A DNA stretch of 39,807 bases. Source: Rhodothermales bacterium. GTDB lineage: Bacteria > Bacteroidota > Rhodothermia > Rhodothermales > VXPQ01. A model generated the notes under the pieces. The model was not told where the DNA came from, did not search any database, and saw nothing but the letters and a program-made list of their open reading frames with translations. The stretch covers positions 1 to 39,807 of the forward strand of contig JBBDTI010000021.1 in the NCBI GenBank assembly GCA_040904565.1, in the 5' to 3' direction. A program made the position numbers and the translations under genes. Shown piece after piece: positions 16,461-27,807 of this stretch; position 1 is the stretch's first letter; each line of letters opens with the position of its first letter.

Positions 16461-17873
16461 ATGACACCTAAGGATTTCTTTGCTTTCGCGGAAAAGCATG
16501 AAGCCCGTATGGTCGACCTGAAATTCACCGACTTGCTGGGCAGCTGGCAACACTGCTCGTTTCCCGTTCAGACGTGGGACGAGGATACGTTCGAGGCCGG
16601 TGTCGGTTTTGACGGATCTTCGATTCGAGGCTGGCAGGCGATCAACGTGTCGGACATGCTCGCCGTACCCGACGCTTCGACCGCACAGATCGATCCGTTC
16701 TTCGCCCGCCCGACCGTGAGCGTCATCGCGGATATCGTGGACCCGGAAACCGGCGAGGACTATTCCCGTGATCCCCGGCACGTTGCCCGCAAGGCGTCCG
16801 AGTATTTGAAGGAGAAGGGGTTTGCGGACATCTGCTACGTAGGGCCGGAGCCGGAATTTTTCATTTTCGACGAGGTTCGGTACGAACAGACGCAGTACAA
16901 GGGATATTATGAGATCGATTCGGTGGAGGGCGCCTGGAACACGGCGCGCTTCGAAGAACCGAATCTGGGCTACAAACCGAGCTACAAGGGCGGCTACTTC
17001 CCCGTGAGCCCGACAGATACCTATCATGACCTGCGCGGAGAGATGGTGCACGAAATGGCCAACGTGGGCATCGTCGTCGAAGCGCACCATCATGAAGTTG
17101 GAACCGGGGGCCAGGGGGAGATAGACATGCAGTACGCCCCGCTGTTGGAGATGGCGGACCAGTTCATGTGGTTCAAATACATCATCCGAAACGTGGCGAA
17201 GCAGTACGGCAAGACCGTCACGTTCATGCCGAAACCGATTTTCGACGACAACGGCAGCGGCATGCACACGCATATGTCTCTCTGGAACGACGGTCAACCG
17301 CTCTTTGCGGGCGACGGATACGCCGGCCTCAGTGATATGGCCCTCCATGCCATCGGTGGCCTGCTTAAGCATGCCCGCGCCGTCCTCGCGTTCGCCGCTC
17401 CAACGGCCAACTCCTACCATCGCCTCGTTCCCGGCTTTGAAGCACCCGTAAATCTCGCCATGTCGAAGCGCAACCGATCGGCGTCGGTTCGCATCCCTAT
17501 GTATTCGGAAAACCCGAAAGCGAAACGCCTGGAATTTCGATGCCCCGATCCGAGCTGCAACGGCTACCTGACGTTTTCTGCCATGCTGATGGCCCTGCTC
17601 GACGGCATCGAGAACGAAATCGATCCAGGAGAGCCTCTTGATCGGGATATCTACGAGATGACTCCCGACGAACTGGCCGCTACCGAAAAGACGCCCGCAT
17701 CGCTGGAAGAAGCACTCGACGCGCTGCAGAATGATCACGAGTTTCTCCTGAGAGGAGACGTGTTTACGGACGATCTCATCGAAACGTGGATATCCTACAA
17801 ATTTGAAAACGAACTTGAGCCCTTGCGGTTACGCCCACATCCCTACGAATTCTTTCTCTATTACGACAGCTGA
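16461..17873 (+). CDS. glnA: Glutamine synthetase type I (beta)
   Basis: [58 protein letters not shown] motifs; DIYEM equivalent of the adenylylated Tyr. Confidence 0.97.
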   Translation: MTPKDFFAFAEKHEARMVDLKFTDLLGSWQHCSFPVQTWDEDTFEAGVGFDGSSIRGWQAINVSDMLAVPDASTAQIDPFFARPTVSVIADIVDPETGEDYSRDPRHVARKASEYLKEKGFADICYVGPEPEFFIFDEVRYEQTQYKGYYEIDSVEGAWNTARFEEPNLGYKPSYKGGYFPVSPTDTYHDLRGEMVHEMANVGIVVEAHHHEVGTGGQGEIDMQYAPLLEMADQFMWFKYIIRNVAKQYGKTVTFMPKPIFDDNGSGMHTHMSLWNDGQPLFAGDGYAGLSDMALHAIGGLLKHARAVLAFAAPTANSYHRLVPGFEAPVNLAMSKRNRSASVRIPMYSENPKAKRLEFRCPDPSCNGYLTFSAMLMALLDGIENEIDPGEPLDRDIYEMTPDELAATEKTPASLEEALDALQNDHEFLLRGDVFTDDLIETWISYKFENELEPLRLRPHPYEFFLYYDS

Positions 17874-18039
17874 GGCGACTGTCAGCACGACCTCACCCGG
17901 GACGGCGCACCTAAATACTGCTACCACCTCAAGTACGGCAGTGTAGTACCTCCCCGATGTGTCGCACGGTACAACCACGGCCGGACGACGCGCTCATTCC
18001 TTACGTACAGTAAACAGACACAACTGCACATAGACGACC

Positions 18040-20232
18040 ATGCCCAGAGTCATCGAAGACTACAACCTGAAAGCGGCTACGAAATTCGTTCACAACGGCA
18101 AGCCGGCCGCCCAGCCGATGGACGTCGAGAAGATCTTCGGCGAGAACACCTTCGGGCTGGAAGAGATGAAGAGCCGCCTCCCGAAAAGCGTCTATAAGAG
18201 CCTGCTCGCCACGATCGAAAAGGGACGTACGCTCGACCCGAACATCGCCGACTCCGTCGCGATGGCCATGAAGGAGTGGGCGACCGAGCGCGGCGTAACG
18301 CACTACACGCACTGGTTCCAGCCGCTGACCGGCTTCACGGCCGAGAAGCACGACAGCTTCATCACGCCGAATAAGGGCGGCGGTGCGGTTGCCGAGTTTT
18401 CGGGGAAGGAACTGATCCAGGGAGAACCTGATGCATCGAGTTTCCCCAGCGGCGGCCTTCGCCAGACGTTCGAGGCCCGCGGCTATACGGCGTGGGACCC
18501 CACCTCACCGGCCTTTATCGTCGAGAACGACAATGGGTCGTACCTGGCCATCCCGACGGGTTTCGCGTCGTGGACCGGCGATGCGCTCGATTATAAGATT
18601 CCGCTGCTCCGCTCGATGGAAGCGATCGACCGCGCCGCGCGCCGCGCACTGGAGCTCTTCGACGTCACGGACGTGAGCAAGGTCTTCTCCACGGTCGGCT
18701 CCGAGCAGGAATACTTCCTGATCGACGAGGAATACTACTACCGCCGCCCGGATCTCGTGACGACGGGGCGAACGCTGGTCGGTGCGAGGCCGCCGAAGGG
18801 ACAGGAGCTGGACGATCACTATTTCGGATCGATCAACGATCGCGTCCTCTCGTGCATGCTCGACGCCGAACGGGAGCTCTATCGACTGGGCGTTCCCGTG
18901 AAGACGCGCCACAACGAAGTGGCTCCGGGCCAGTACGAGCTGGCTCCGATCTTCGAGAACACGAATCTTTCGGCCGACCACCAGCAGCTCATCATGCTCA
19001 TGCTGCAGAAGACCGCGCGCAAGTACGGTCTGGTCTGCCTGCTCCACGAGAAGCCGTTTGCCGGACTCAACGGATCGGGCAAGCATAACAACTGGTCGAT
19101 GGCCACGGACACAGGGATGAACCTGCTCGAACCGGGCGACAATCCGCACGACAACCTGCAGTTCCTCTTCTTCTGCACCGCCGTCATCCGAGCGGTCTAC
19201 AAGCATCAGGACCTGCTGCGCATCTCGGTAGCATCGGCCGGAAACGACCATCGCCTGGGCGCCAACGAGGCTCCGCCGGCGATTATCAGCATCTTCCTGG
19301 GCGAGCAGCTGCACGACGTGTTCGAACAGATCGCCGAGGGGCCGGCGAAGTCGAGCAAGCAGGGCGGACTCCTCGGACTGGGCAACCCGGTCCTCCCGGA
19401 ACTCCACCGCCACGCCGGCGACCGTAACCGTACCTCCCCCTTCGCGTTCACGAGCAACAAGTTCGAGTTCCGGGCCGTGGGATCGAACCAGACGATCTCG
19501 TTCCCGAACACGGTCCTCAACGTGGCCGTTGCCGATGCGCTCGACAAGCTGTGCGACGACCTGGAAGCGAACCTGGAAGGCAAGAAGAAGAACAAGACGA
19601 ACTTCGATGCCGCCGTCGGCGAAGTCCTGCAGGACTCGATTAAGGAGACGAAAGCCATCCTTTTCGAGGGCGACAACTATGCGGAGGAGTGGCACAAGGA
19701 GGCCGAAGAGCGCGGATTGCTCAATCTGCGCACCACGCTCGACGCGCTCGATAAGCTGCTCGATAAGAAGAACGTCGAGCTCTTCGAACGCGAAAACGTG
19801 CTCTCCAAGGCCGAGCTCGAAAGCCGCTACGAGACCTGGCTCGAGCAGTACTTCATCACGATCAACATCGAGGCCGAAACGACGGAAGCCATCGCCCGCA
19901 CGATGATTCTGCCGGCCGCCGTTCACTACCTCGGAGATCTGGCTTCGACGGTCGAACGGGGCGACGATATCGGTCTCTCCTTCGTAGGTGTGAAGACGAC
20001 GGCCGAGGAGGTCTCCGCGTTCATCGATACGCTCCGCACCGAGCTGGACGTGCTCATCAAAGAGAACAAGGCGCTGGGAGGCGACCGGGTTCACGATAAG
20101 GCCGCGCACATGCGCGACGAGGTGATCCCCGCTATGACCGCCGTTCGTGCCGCCTGCGACGACCTCGAACGGGTCGTTCCGAGCGAGTACTGGCCGCTGC
20201 CGACCTACCGCGAGATTCTGTTCGTTCGGTAA
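18040..20232 (+). CDS. glnN: Glutamine synthetase type III
   Basis: 730 aa; [89 protein letters not shown] motifs. Confidence 0.96.
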   Translation: MPRVIEDYNLKAATKFVHNGKPAAQPMDVEKIFGENTFGLEEMKSRLPKSVYKSLLATIEKGRTLDPNIADSVAMAMKEWATERGVTHYTHWFQPLTGFTAEKHDSFITPNKGGGAVAEFSGKELIQGEPDASSFPSGGLRQTFEARGYTAWDPTSPAFIVENDNGSYLAIPTGFASWTGDALDYKIPLLRSMEAIDRAARRALELFDVTDVSKVFSTVGSEQEYFLIDEEYYYRRPDLVTTGRTLVGARPPKGQELDDHYFGSINDRVLSCMLDAERELYRLGVPVKTRHNEVAPGQYELAPIFENTNLSADHQQLIMLMLQKTARKYGLVCLLHEKPFAGLNGSGKHNNWSMATDTGMNLLEPGDNPHDNLQFLFFCTAVIRAVYKHQDLLRISVASAGNDHRLGANEAPPAIISIFLGEQLHDVFEQIAEGPAKSSKQGGLLGLGNPVLPELHRHAGDRNRTSPFAFTSNKFEFRAVGSNQTISFPNTVLNVAVADALDKLCDDLEANLEGKKKNKTNFDAAVGEVLQDSIKETKAILFEGDNYAEEWHKEAEERGLLNLRTTLDALDKLLDKKNVELFERENVLSKAELESRYETWLEQYFITINIEAETTEAIARTMILPAAVHYLGDLASTVERGDDIGLSFVGVKTTAEEVSAFIDTLRTELDVLIKENKALGGDRVHDKAAHMRDEVIPAMTAVRAACDDLERVVPSEYWPLPTYREILFVR

Positions 20233-20260
20233 GTTGAAGGAAACGCGGTAACGTCGAGAG

Positions 20261-20298
20261 AGCCCGCCGTCCTACCTCCCAGGGCGGCGGGTTTTCTT
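20261..20298 (+). terminator. Rho-independent terminator after GSIII
   Basis: AGCCCGCCGTCCT-loop-AGGGCGGCGGGTT followed by TTCTT. Confidence 0.8.
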
Positions 20299-20339
20299 GT
20301 GGATGGGTTTGGCCTCACGATGGAGCGCGGCCGGATGAT

Positions 20340-20394
20340 CCCTCAGGACCGCAGCCCGATAAACCCTCAGGACCGCGGCCGAAAAATCCCTCAG
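20340..20394. repeat. 24-bp tandem repeat, ~2.3 copies
   Basis: CCCTCAGGACCGCAGCCCGATAAA / CCCTCAGGACCGCGGCCGAAAAAT / CCCTCAG. The last partial copy contains the stop codon of the adjacent minus-strand gene. Confidence 0.75.
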
Positions 20395-21554
20395 ATAACC
20401 CGCCCGCGCGCATCGACCGGCCAGGTGTCGACGACCTCTTCACCGTCGACGACGTAAAGCAGATCGCGCAGGTTGACGCAGACGCAGGCGTGGTTCGGCA
20501 CGAAGCGGATGCGGTTGCCGACCTCGAGCGTCGATCCGCCCGACACCTGGATCCAGGCGTGCTCTTCGGAGAGTCCGGTGATGCACGCGTGCGGCATCGG
20601 CTGCATCCGGCGCGCGTTGTAGAGGATCTGTCCGTAACCCTCCGTCAGCGCGCCGGTGTCGGTCGTGACGACCTTCGATCCCGCGTCGGCGAACAGCCGC
20701 TCGCTGCCGGACCGGTTGCGATGCCGGCTGACGACCGTCGTGAGGACCGTCAGCGCACATTCCTCGAGCGCGACCGTGCCGAGCGACACCTGCATGGCGT
20801 CGTAAAAGACGTAGTTGCCCGGACGCACCTCCGTGACGCGGAAACCGCCTTCCTCGCGCCGTTCGAACACTTTCGCGGTCGGCGTGGAACCGACGCTGAT
20901 TTCGAAGGAGCCGGGCTCGGCCACGCCCGCTTCGCGGAGGCGGCCGGCGAAGCGCAGCATGGCGTCGCGCTCGTGGTCGGATACGCGGCGGATGGCCTCG
21001 GCTTTCGTCTCCCCGTCTTGAGGGCCCCCGTAGACCTGCCCGGCGTGCGTGAGAATCCCCACGAGCCGGAGTCCGGGCAGCTTCGATACGTCCACGGCCG
21101 CCTGCACGCCCCGCTCATCGTCCGGATCGACCCCGCAGCGGTGCGCTCCGACGTCGACGATCAGCAGCACGTCGACCTCAAGGTCCTTCGCGGCGAAAAA
21201 GTCGGACGCCATCCGGGCCCCCTCGATCGTGTCGACGCAGAACGAGACGCGGGTCGTCTTGAGGAGATCGGCCATGCGCTCGAGCTTGTCGGTCCCCACC
21301 ACGGGATAGGCGATCCGGATGTCGTCGAAACCGCCGGCGGCGAAACGTTCGGCCTCGCCCACCTTGGCCACCGTGATGCCGCGCGCGCCGAGATCAGATT
21401 GCATCCGGGCGAGCGCGACGGATTTGTGCGTCTTGATGTGTGGACGCAGGCGCACCTCGTTGTCATCCGCCCGCGACTGCATCGCTCGCAGGTTGGCTTC
21501 CAGACGAGACCGTTCCACCAGTAAACAAGGCGTAGGAAGATCGTCTAGAATCAT
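20391..21554 (-). CDS. PLP-dependent alanine-racemase-fold enzyme, DSD1/D-threonine aldolase family
   Basis: LPTPCLLV, RPHIKTHK (PLP Lys), GSTPT, EVRPGNYVFYD, SEEH, PNHAC. ATG at 21554 overlaps the upstream stop (TGATG). Confidence 0.88.
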   Translation of the reverse strand: MILDDLPTPCLLVERSRLEANLRAMQSRADDNEVRLRPHIKTHKSVALARMQSDLGARGITVAKVGEAERFAAGGFDDIRIAYPVVGTDKLERMADLLKTTRVSFCVDTIEGARMASDFFAAKDLEVDVLLIVDVGAHRCGVDPDDERGVQAAVDVSKLPGLRLVGILTHAGQVYGGPQDGETKAEAIRRVSDHERDAMLRFAGRLREAGVAEPGSFEISVGSTPTAKVFERREEGGFRVTEVRPGNYVFYDAMQVSLGTVALEECALTVLTTVVSRHRNRSGSERLFADAGSKVVTTDTGALTEGYGQILYNARRMQPMPHACITGLSEEHAWIQVSGGSTLEVGNRIRFVPNHACVCVNLRDLLYVVDGEEVVDTWPVDARGRVI

Positions 21555-23767
21555 CACCACTGAAACGTGTACGTGTATTTGAGAAGGACGCTGCGCGTGC
21601 TCATGAGCGGCAGCACGGGGTCGTAGGTGTGCCGGTTCGTGTTCAGGCCTTCATTGTACACAATGTAGAGATCGTTTCCTTCCCGCGGGTTGTAGCGCAG
21701 GCGAAGGTTGGTGAGCACCGCGTCAATGTCGCTGTTGTACTGGATGAAGGCGCTCAGCGCCCACTCCGTGTTGAGGGTGGCCTGCGAGCGGATGCGGCTG
21801 ATGTGCGCGAGGGAGCTGGAACGGCCATCACCAAGGTCGACGCGGTTGATCTCATAGTAAGCCTGGACTTCGAGGACGCGGCTGATCGTCCAGATCGGAT
21901 TGAGAACGGCGGCGATCCGGGTGCCCCCGTAGAACGAGCCGGCCTCGAACGCCCACTCCCCCCAGAGGTCGCGGGTGCCCGGCGCCTGGCCTTCGACCTC
22001 TATGCCGTGGAACCAGTAACTGCCCACGGGCACCTCGACGCCCGGAAAGTGGAGCGGCTCGCGCAGGTCTTCGTAGCTGGATCGCCACTGGACGTCCACC
22101 ATCCAGCCGCTTTTCGAGGTGGCCTCCCAGGCCGGGCCCGCGAAGAACGACTCGACCGAATTGTCGGTCAGCCTGAACCAGGCCATAGCCCACCAGCCAA
22201 GCCGATGGCTCTGCAGGAACGAGCCTTCATCCGGGAGCCAGCCCCAACCCGTTCGGTTGCCGATATACTGGTAGTCCTCGCGCGTCTCGAAGCCCAGCTC
22301 GGGCCGGTACCGCGGTCCGGAACGGGAATAGCGCGTCCAGTAGCTGAGCCCCGAGAACGTCCGCCGGTTCCACGTCGCGATGACCCGCATCTGGTTGATG
22401 TCGATGGGGTTGTTCTCGAAGGAATCGTCGTAGGTCTGGGCCGCGATGAACTCCAGATAGTCGTCCCCGGCGACGCGCCAGGTATGGTCCGTTCCGAGGG
22501 CGACGTTGTACGTACCGTCTATCCCGACGCGCGACGTGATGATGCCGCCGGAATAGGAGAACGGGTTGACGGTCGACCGCCGGAAACGAAAGACGCCGTG
22601 GTTCTCCGACGGGAGTCCGGCCGCTTCGGCCGTGTGCATATTGAGGAGCCCGACGTCCCATCCCGCGACGCGTCCGGCTACCTTGGCGCCGCCGATGATG
22701 GGGACGATCTGCCCATCGTGGAGTCCGATCCGCCGGCTGTAGAAGAGCCGGCTGCGTCCACCCAGGCTGAACTCGAAAATACTGGCGCGCTCCAGGAAGA
22801 AGCGCCGCTTCTCGGGGAAAAACGTAGGCAAACGGGTGAAATTGACCTGCTGATCGTCGGCCTCCACCTGGGCGAAGTCCGTGTTGACGGTCAGGTCCAT
22901 CGTCAGGTTGTTCGTGATCCCGTACTTGAGATCGAGGCCGATCTCCCGCTCGGGGATGTCGTCGCGCACGTATCCCGTCCCGGCCTCATTGAGCTCGTGC
23001 CGCTGGTTGAGTCCGCCCAGCACGTACGGCGTCAGGTAGACGGGCTGCGCGCTGTATACGCCGTCGAAGGTGACGGACTGCGCGATGGAGGGCTTCGCCC
23101 AGCTCCACTGGCCGTAGGTCGGATTGATGGCCGGGAACGTATAGTTTTCGTTCCGCTTGCCGGAGCGGCGGTTGATGATGATGCCCATCTCCGAGAGGCC
23201 GGCGACGGATTCGAAGCGGAGGCTGGAGAAGGGAATGCGAATTTCCGCGTACCATCCCCGATCGTCGCGCGTCACCTCCACGTCCCAGAACGTGTCCCAG
23301 CTCGCATTGGCCGGCTCCTGGCCGCCGCCCGCCTGCGCGTCGTTCGAGATGCTGAAATCGAGCCGGAGTCCGGTCGGCGTCGTGTAGAATCCGAAGCCGT
23401 TCTCGTTGTCGTTGAAGGAGTCGATGAAGATGCCGAAATAGTCCGAGTTCGGCTGCATCAGGTCGCGCTTGTACGACGTCGCGAGGATGGAGTCCGGATC
23501 GTCAAAGAGCCGCCCCGCCAGATAGAGGTAGTCGTCGTCGTAGGCGATCCGAACGTCCGATTCGACGCTGGGCGTGCCCCGAAACGTGGGCATCATCATG
23601 GTCAGCGGCACAGCCTCGACCCCATCCCACGCCGGATCGTCTATACGGCCGTCGAGCTCGATGGGGCCCGTAAGCCGGGGCACGGCAAACGGCGACTGAG
23701 CCGATACATCGACTGCCGAGCCGATCAGCAGCAGAAGAAAAACACAGCAGTACGTCCGTAGCGTCAT
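21554..23767 (-). CDS. CBM9-like + DUF5916 outer-membrane-associated protein
   Basis: Signal peptide; IELDGRIDDPAW, W.AEIRIPFSSLRF, NTDFAQVEADDQQVN...FFPEKRRFFLE, LFYSRRIG, KYTYTF. Start taken at ATG 23767. Confidence 0.85.
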   Translation of the reverse strand: MTLRTYCCVFLLLLIGSAVDVSAQSPFAVPRLTGPIELDGRIDDPAWDGVEAVPLTMMMPTFRGTPSVESDVRIAYDDDYLYLAGRLFDDPDSILATSYKRDLMQPNSDYFGIFIDSFNDNENGFGFYTTPTGLRLDFSISNDAQAGGGQEPANASWDTFWDVEVTRDDRGWYAEIRIPFSSLRFESVAGLSEMGIIINRRSGKRNENYTFPAINPTYGQWSWAKPSIAQSVTFDGVYSAQPVYLTPYVLGGLNQRHELNEAGTGYVRDDIPEREIGLDLKYGITNNLTMDLTVNTDFAQVEADDQQVNFTRLPTFFPEKRRFFLERASIFEFSLGGRSRLFYSRRIGLHDGQIVPIIGGAKVAGRVAGWDVGLLNMHTAEAAGLPSENHGVFRFRRSTVNPFSYSGGIITSRVGIDGTYNVALGTDHTWRVAGDDYLEFIAAQTYDDSFENNPIDINQMRVIATWNRRTFSGLSYWTRYSRSGPRYRPELGFETREDYQYIGNRTGWGWLPDEGSFLQSHRLGWWAMAWFRLTDNSVESFFAGPAWEATSKSGWMVDVQWRSSYEDLREPLHFPGVEVPVGSYWFHGIEVEGQAPGTRDLWGEWAFEAGSFYGGTRIAAVLNPIWTISRVLEVQAYYEINRVDLGDGRSSSLAHISRIRSQATLNTEWALSAFIQYNSDIDAVLTNLRLRYNPREGNDLYIVYNEGLNTNRHTYDPVLPLMSTRSVLLKYTYTFQW

Positions 23768-23822
23768 GGTGCGTCGAAGCGAAGCGGGGGGCAATGGAGG
23801 TAGGAGATTGTGGGCCGTAATA

Positions 23823-23852
23823 TAAAAAAGCCCGGACCTCGACGGACCGGGC
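23823..23852 (-). terminator. Rho-independent terminator of atpD-atpC
   Basis: Minus strand GCCCGGTCC-GTCGA-GGTCCGGGC followed by TTTTTT. Confidence 0.8.
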
Positions 23853-23966
23853 GATCATTCCGCCTGAATGGAGAATATTTCGATTCTCGCTTCCGGGCGA
23901 TCGCACCGGGCAGGGTGTTCGGGCCATGCCCAACGCTCGGCGCCGCACGCGGCGCCACGCGGGCCC

Positions 23967-24392
23967 TTACGTTCGGGAACGGCGACCGACCTGACCCATG
24001 GCGATCCGCAGCCGGTTCCGGGCGCGTTCGAGCGCGCTTTCGGCTCGACGGCGCTCGGCCGCCGAGTCTTCTTCCTCCAAAAGCTCCAGCGCCCGCTCCT
24101 CCGCGGCCCGAGCACGTTCGACGTCGATCTCCGAAGCAGGCTCCGCCGTTTCGGCAAGGACCGTCACGTGGTTGTCGATCACCTCGATGATCCCGCCGCT
24201 CGTCGCAAAAAAGACTTCTTCGCCCGTCGTCGCCGTCACGCGGATCGGGCCGACCTCGAAGGCGGAGATCATCGGTGCGTGATTGTAGAGCACCTCGAAC
24301 GATCCTTCCACACCGGGTGCCTTTACGCCCTGCGCCTCGCCACGGAAGACGCGGCGGCTCGGAGCGATGATTTCGACGTGTAGGTTAGGCAT
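23967..24392 (-). CDS. atpC: F1 ATP synthase epsilon subunit
   Basis: PGVEGSFEVLYNHAPMI, SGGIIEV..N.VTVLAETAE...ID.ERA..A; directly downstream of atpD. Confidence 0.95.
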   Translation of the reverse strand: MPNLHVEIIAPSRRVFRGEAQGVKAPGVEGSFEVLYNHAPMISAFEVGPIRVTATTGEEVFFATSGGIIEVIDNHVTVLAETAEPASEIDVERARAAEERALELLEEEDSAAERRRAESALERARNRLRIAMGQVGRRSRT

Positions 24393-24476
24393 CTTTTATC
24401 GGTTGACGATGAGCGGTTGACGGTCACACGCCGCGGCCTCGACGGTCATCACAAGACCCGCAGTTCGACTGACCGC

Positions 24477-25991
<1,515 letters not shown>

Positions 25992-26225
25992 TTAGATGCT
26001 GTAGTCCGTTGTTCGCGCGTTCGCTGCCGCATCACAACCTGCAAGCTGCACCACAAAAAGAAAAGATGCTGCGAAGCTGCCGCGACTTTTTGGAAATCCC
26101 CGGCGGGGAAACGAAAATACCCAGCGCCTTCTGCAGTTGCATGCCTCCTACTAGGCATCCGCACCTGAGATCGCAAAGAATCGACGAAAACTGTATCCGA
26201 ATTTTCTCATCAGCCTCCCGACCCC

Positions 26226-27335
26226 GTGGAAATCGCCCTACTCGGCATTTTTACGCTGCTCCTGATCGTTCAGATCGGCAACATCGCCTACCTGCGCCGG
26301 CCCGCCGCGCCGCCGACCGGACGGCGGCCGTTCGTCTCCGTCCTCATCCCCGCGCGCAACGAAGCGGCGAACCTGCGGCGTCTGATCCCCTCCCTCCTCG
26401 ATCAGACCTGCGGGGATTTCGAGGTGCTCGTCTACGACGACGCGTCGGAGGATGAAACGTGGGCGGTCCTGCAGTCCTTCGACGACCCCCGCCTCCGCAC
26501 CCTCCGCGGCACGGGACCCCCTGAGGGATGGGTCGGTAAGGTGCACGCCCTCTTTCAGGCGGCGAAAGAAGCTCGGGGCGATGTATATGTTTTTTTGGAT
26601 GCGGATGCCGAGCTGCTCGATGACGGAGCGCTGGGACGGCTGGTGGACCGGTTCCGAACGCTGGCGCCGCGGCAGGTGCTGACCGGCTTTACCGACCTTC
26701 GGGGGGGCGGACTCCTGCTCGTCAGCCTCGTCCCACACACCATCCTCACGTTTCTGCCCTGGTTTCTCGTCGAACACGTGCGCTCGACATCGCTCGGCTC
26801 GGTAAACGGCCAGTGCTGGCTGATCGACGCCGAGACGTACCATGCGCTCGCGCCCCACGAACACGTCCGCAACGAAGTGCTCGAGGACGTGGCCATCGGA
26901 CGCTATCTGAAAGGCGAGGGGGTCGACCCGGTGATGACGGACGTGCGCCGGGAACTGGCCGTGTATATGTACGACAGTTTTGGGGACGCATGGCGCGGGT
27001 TCCGCAAGAACGCATATCTGTTGATGGGGGGCCGGTGGTGGACGTTCACTCTCTGGTGGATCGCCTACGCGTGGATGTTCGCCATCGCCCCGTTCGTCTG
27101 GCCGGAAGTGCTCGCGGCGGTCTATTGCCTGAAGATCGTCAGCGACCGGGCCGCCGGGATGCCGATTCGCGTGACGATCCTGGGGCCGCTCGCCCACATA
27201 GCCGGGGTCGGGCTGCACGTCGACTCGGCGGTGAGCCACTGGACCGGCCGCGCGAGGTGGAAAGGACGCCGCGTCGGCTACAGCAACCCCGCCTCGCGCA
27301 GCCTCTCGAAAAGCAGGGGAAACCAGGGCGAGTAG
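26226..27335 (+). CDS. GT2 glycosyltransferase, carotenoid glycosyltransferase (CruC/CrtQ-like)
   Basis: VSVLIPARNE, DDASED, PEGWVGK, FLDAD, NGQC, LEDV, GFRKN, WKGR motifs; GTG start; adjacent to crt genes. Confidence 0.85.
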   Translation: MEIALLGIFTLLLIVQIGNIAYLRRPAAPPTGRRPFVSVLIPARNEAANLRRLIPSLLDQTCGDFEVLVYDDASEDETWAVLQSFDDPRLRTLRGTGPPEGWVGKVHALFQAAKEARGDVYVFLDADAELLDDGALGRLVDRFRTLAPRQVLTGFTDLRGGGLLLVSLVPHTILTFLPWFLVEHVRSTSLGSVNGQCWLIDAETYHALAPHEHVRNEVLEDVAIGRYLKGEGVDPVMTDVRRELAVYMYDSFGDAWRGFRKNAYLLMGGRWWTFTLWWIAYAWMFAIAPFVWPEVLAAVYCLKIVSDRAAGMPIRVTILGPLAHIAGVGLHVDSAVSHWTGRARWKGRRVGYSNPASRSLSKSRGNQGE

Positions 27336-27790
27336 CGCGACGGATCCCGGTCGAGATCCCGGGCGACCTCCTCCGCCGACGCCCAGCGCCAGTCCACGAC
27401 CTCGTCCGCGTTTGGCCGGGGCGCTTCGTCGCTGCGTCCGACGAAGACGTGATCGTACTCGTGCTCGACGAGCCCGTCGTCGAATTCGGCGCGATAGATA
27501 AACGAGAGCGCGTGATGCAGATCGGCATCGAACCCCATTTCCTCGCGCAGCCGACGCGCGGCGGCGTCCACGGTCGGTTCACCTGGACGAGGATGGGTGC
27601 AGCACGTGTTCGACCAGAGTCCACCCGAGTGATACTTCGCAGGATTCCGCTGCTGAAGAAGCATCTCGCCGTCGGCATTGATCAGGAGCACCGAGCACGC
27701 ACGATGCAGCAGCGCCTCACGATGCGCCTTCATCTTTTCCGCCGTGCCGACCTCACGGTCCTGTTCGTCAACCAGCGTCACGAATTCCAT
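27278..27790 (-). CDS. idi: Isopentenyl-diphosphate delta-isomerase, type 1
   Basis: Probable start 27790 MEFVTLVDEQD; LHRA, LLQQR..KYHSGGLWSNTCCTHP, EHEYDHVF, SPWF. Confidence 0.93.
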   Translation of the reverse strand: MEFVTLVDEQDREVGTAEKMKAHREALLHRACSVLLINADGEMLLQQRNPAKYHSGGLWSNTCCTHPRPGEPTVDAAARRLREEMGFDADLHHALSFIYRAEFDDGLVEHEYDHVFVGRSDEAPRPNADEVVDWRWASAEEVARDLDRDPSRYSPWFPLLFERLREAGLL

Positions 27791-27807
27791 AAGCCATATG
27801 CTCAGAT

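Noticed and set aside
17874-18039. Glutamine riboswitch between the two GS genes
   Set aside because: Only a weak hairpin (ACTGC..GCAGT). I could not recognise the glnA-motif consensus; an Rfam scan would settle it.
20340-20394. Possible mini-CRISPR
   Set aside because: Repeats are contiguous with no spacers, and there are no cas genes.
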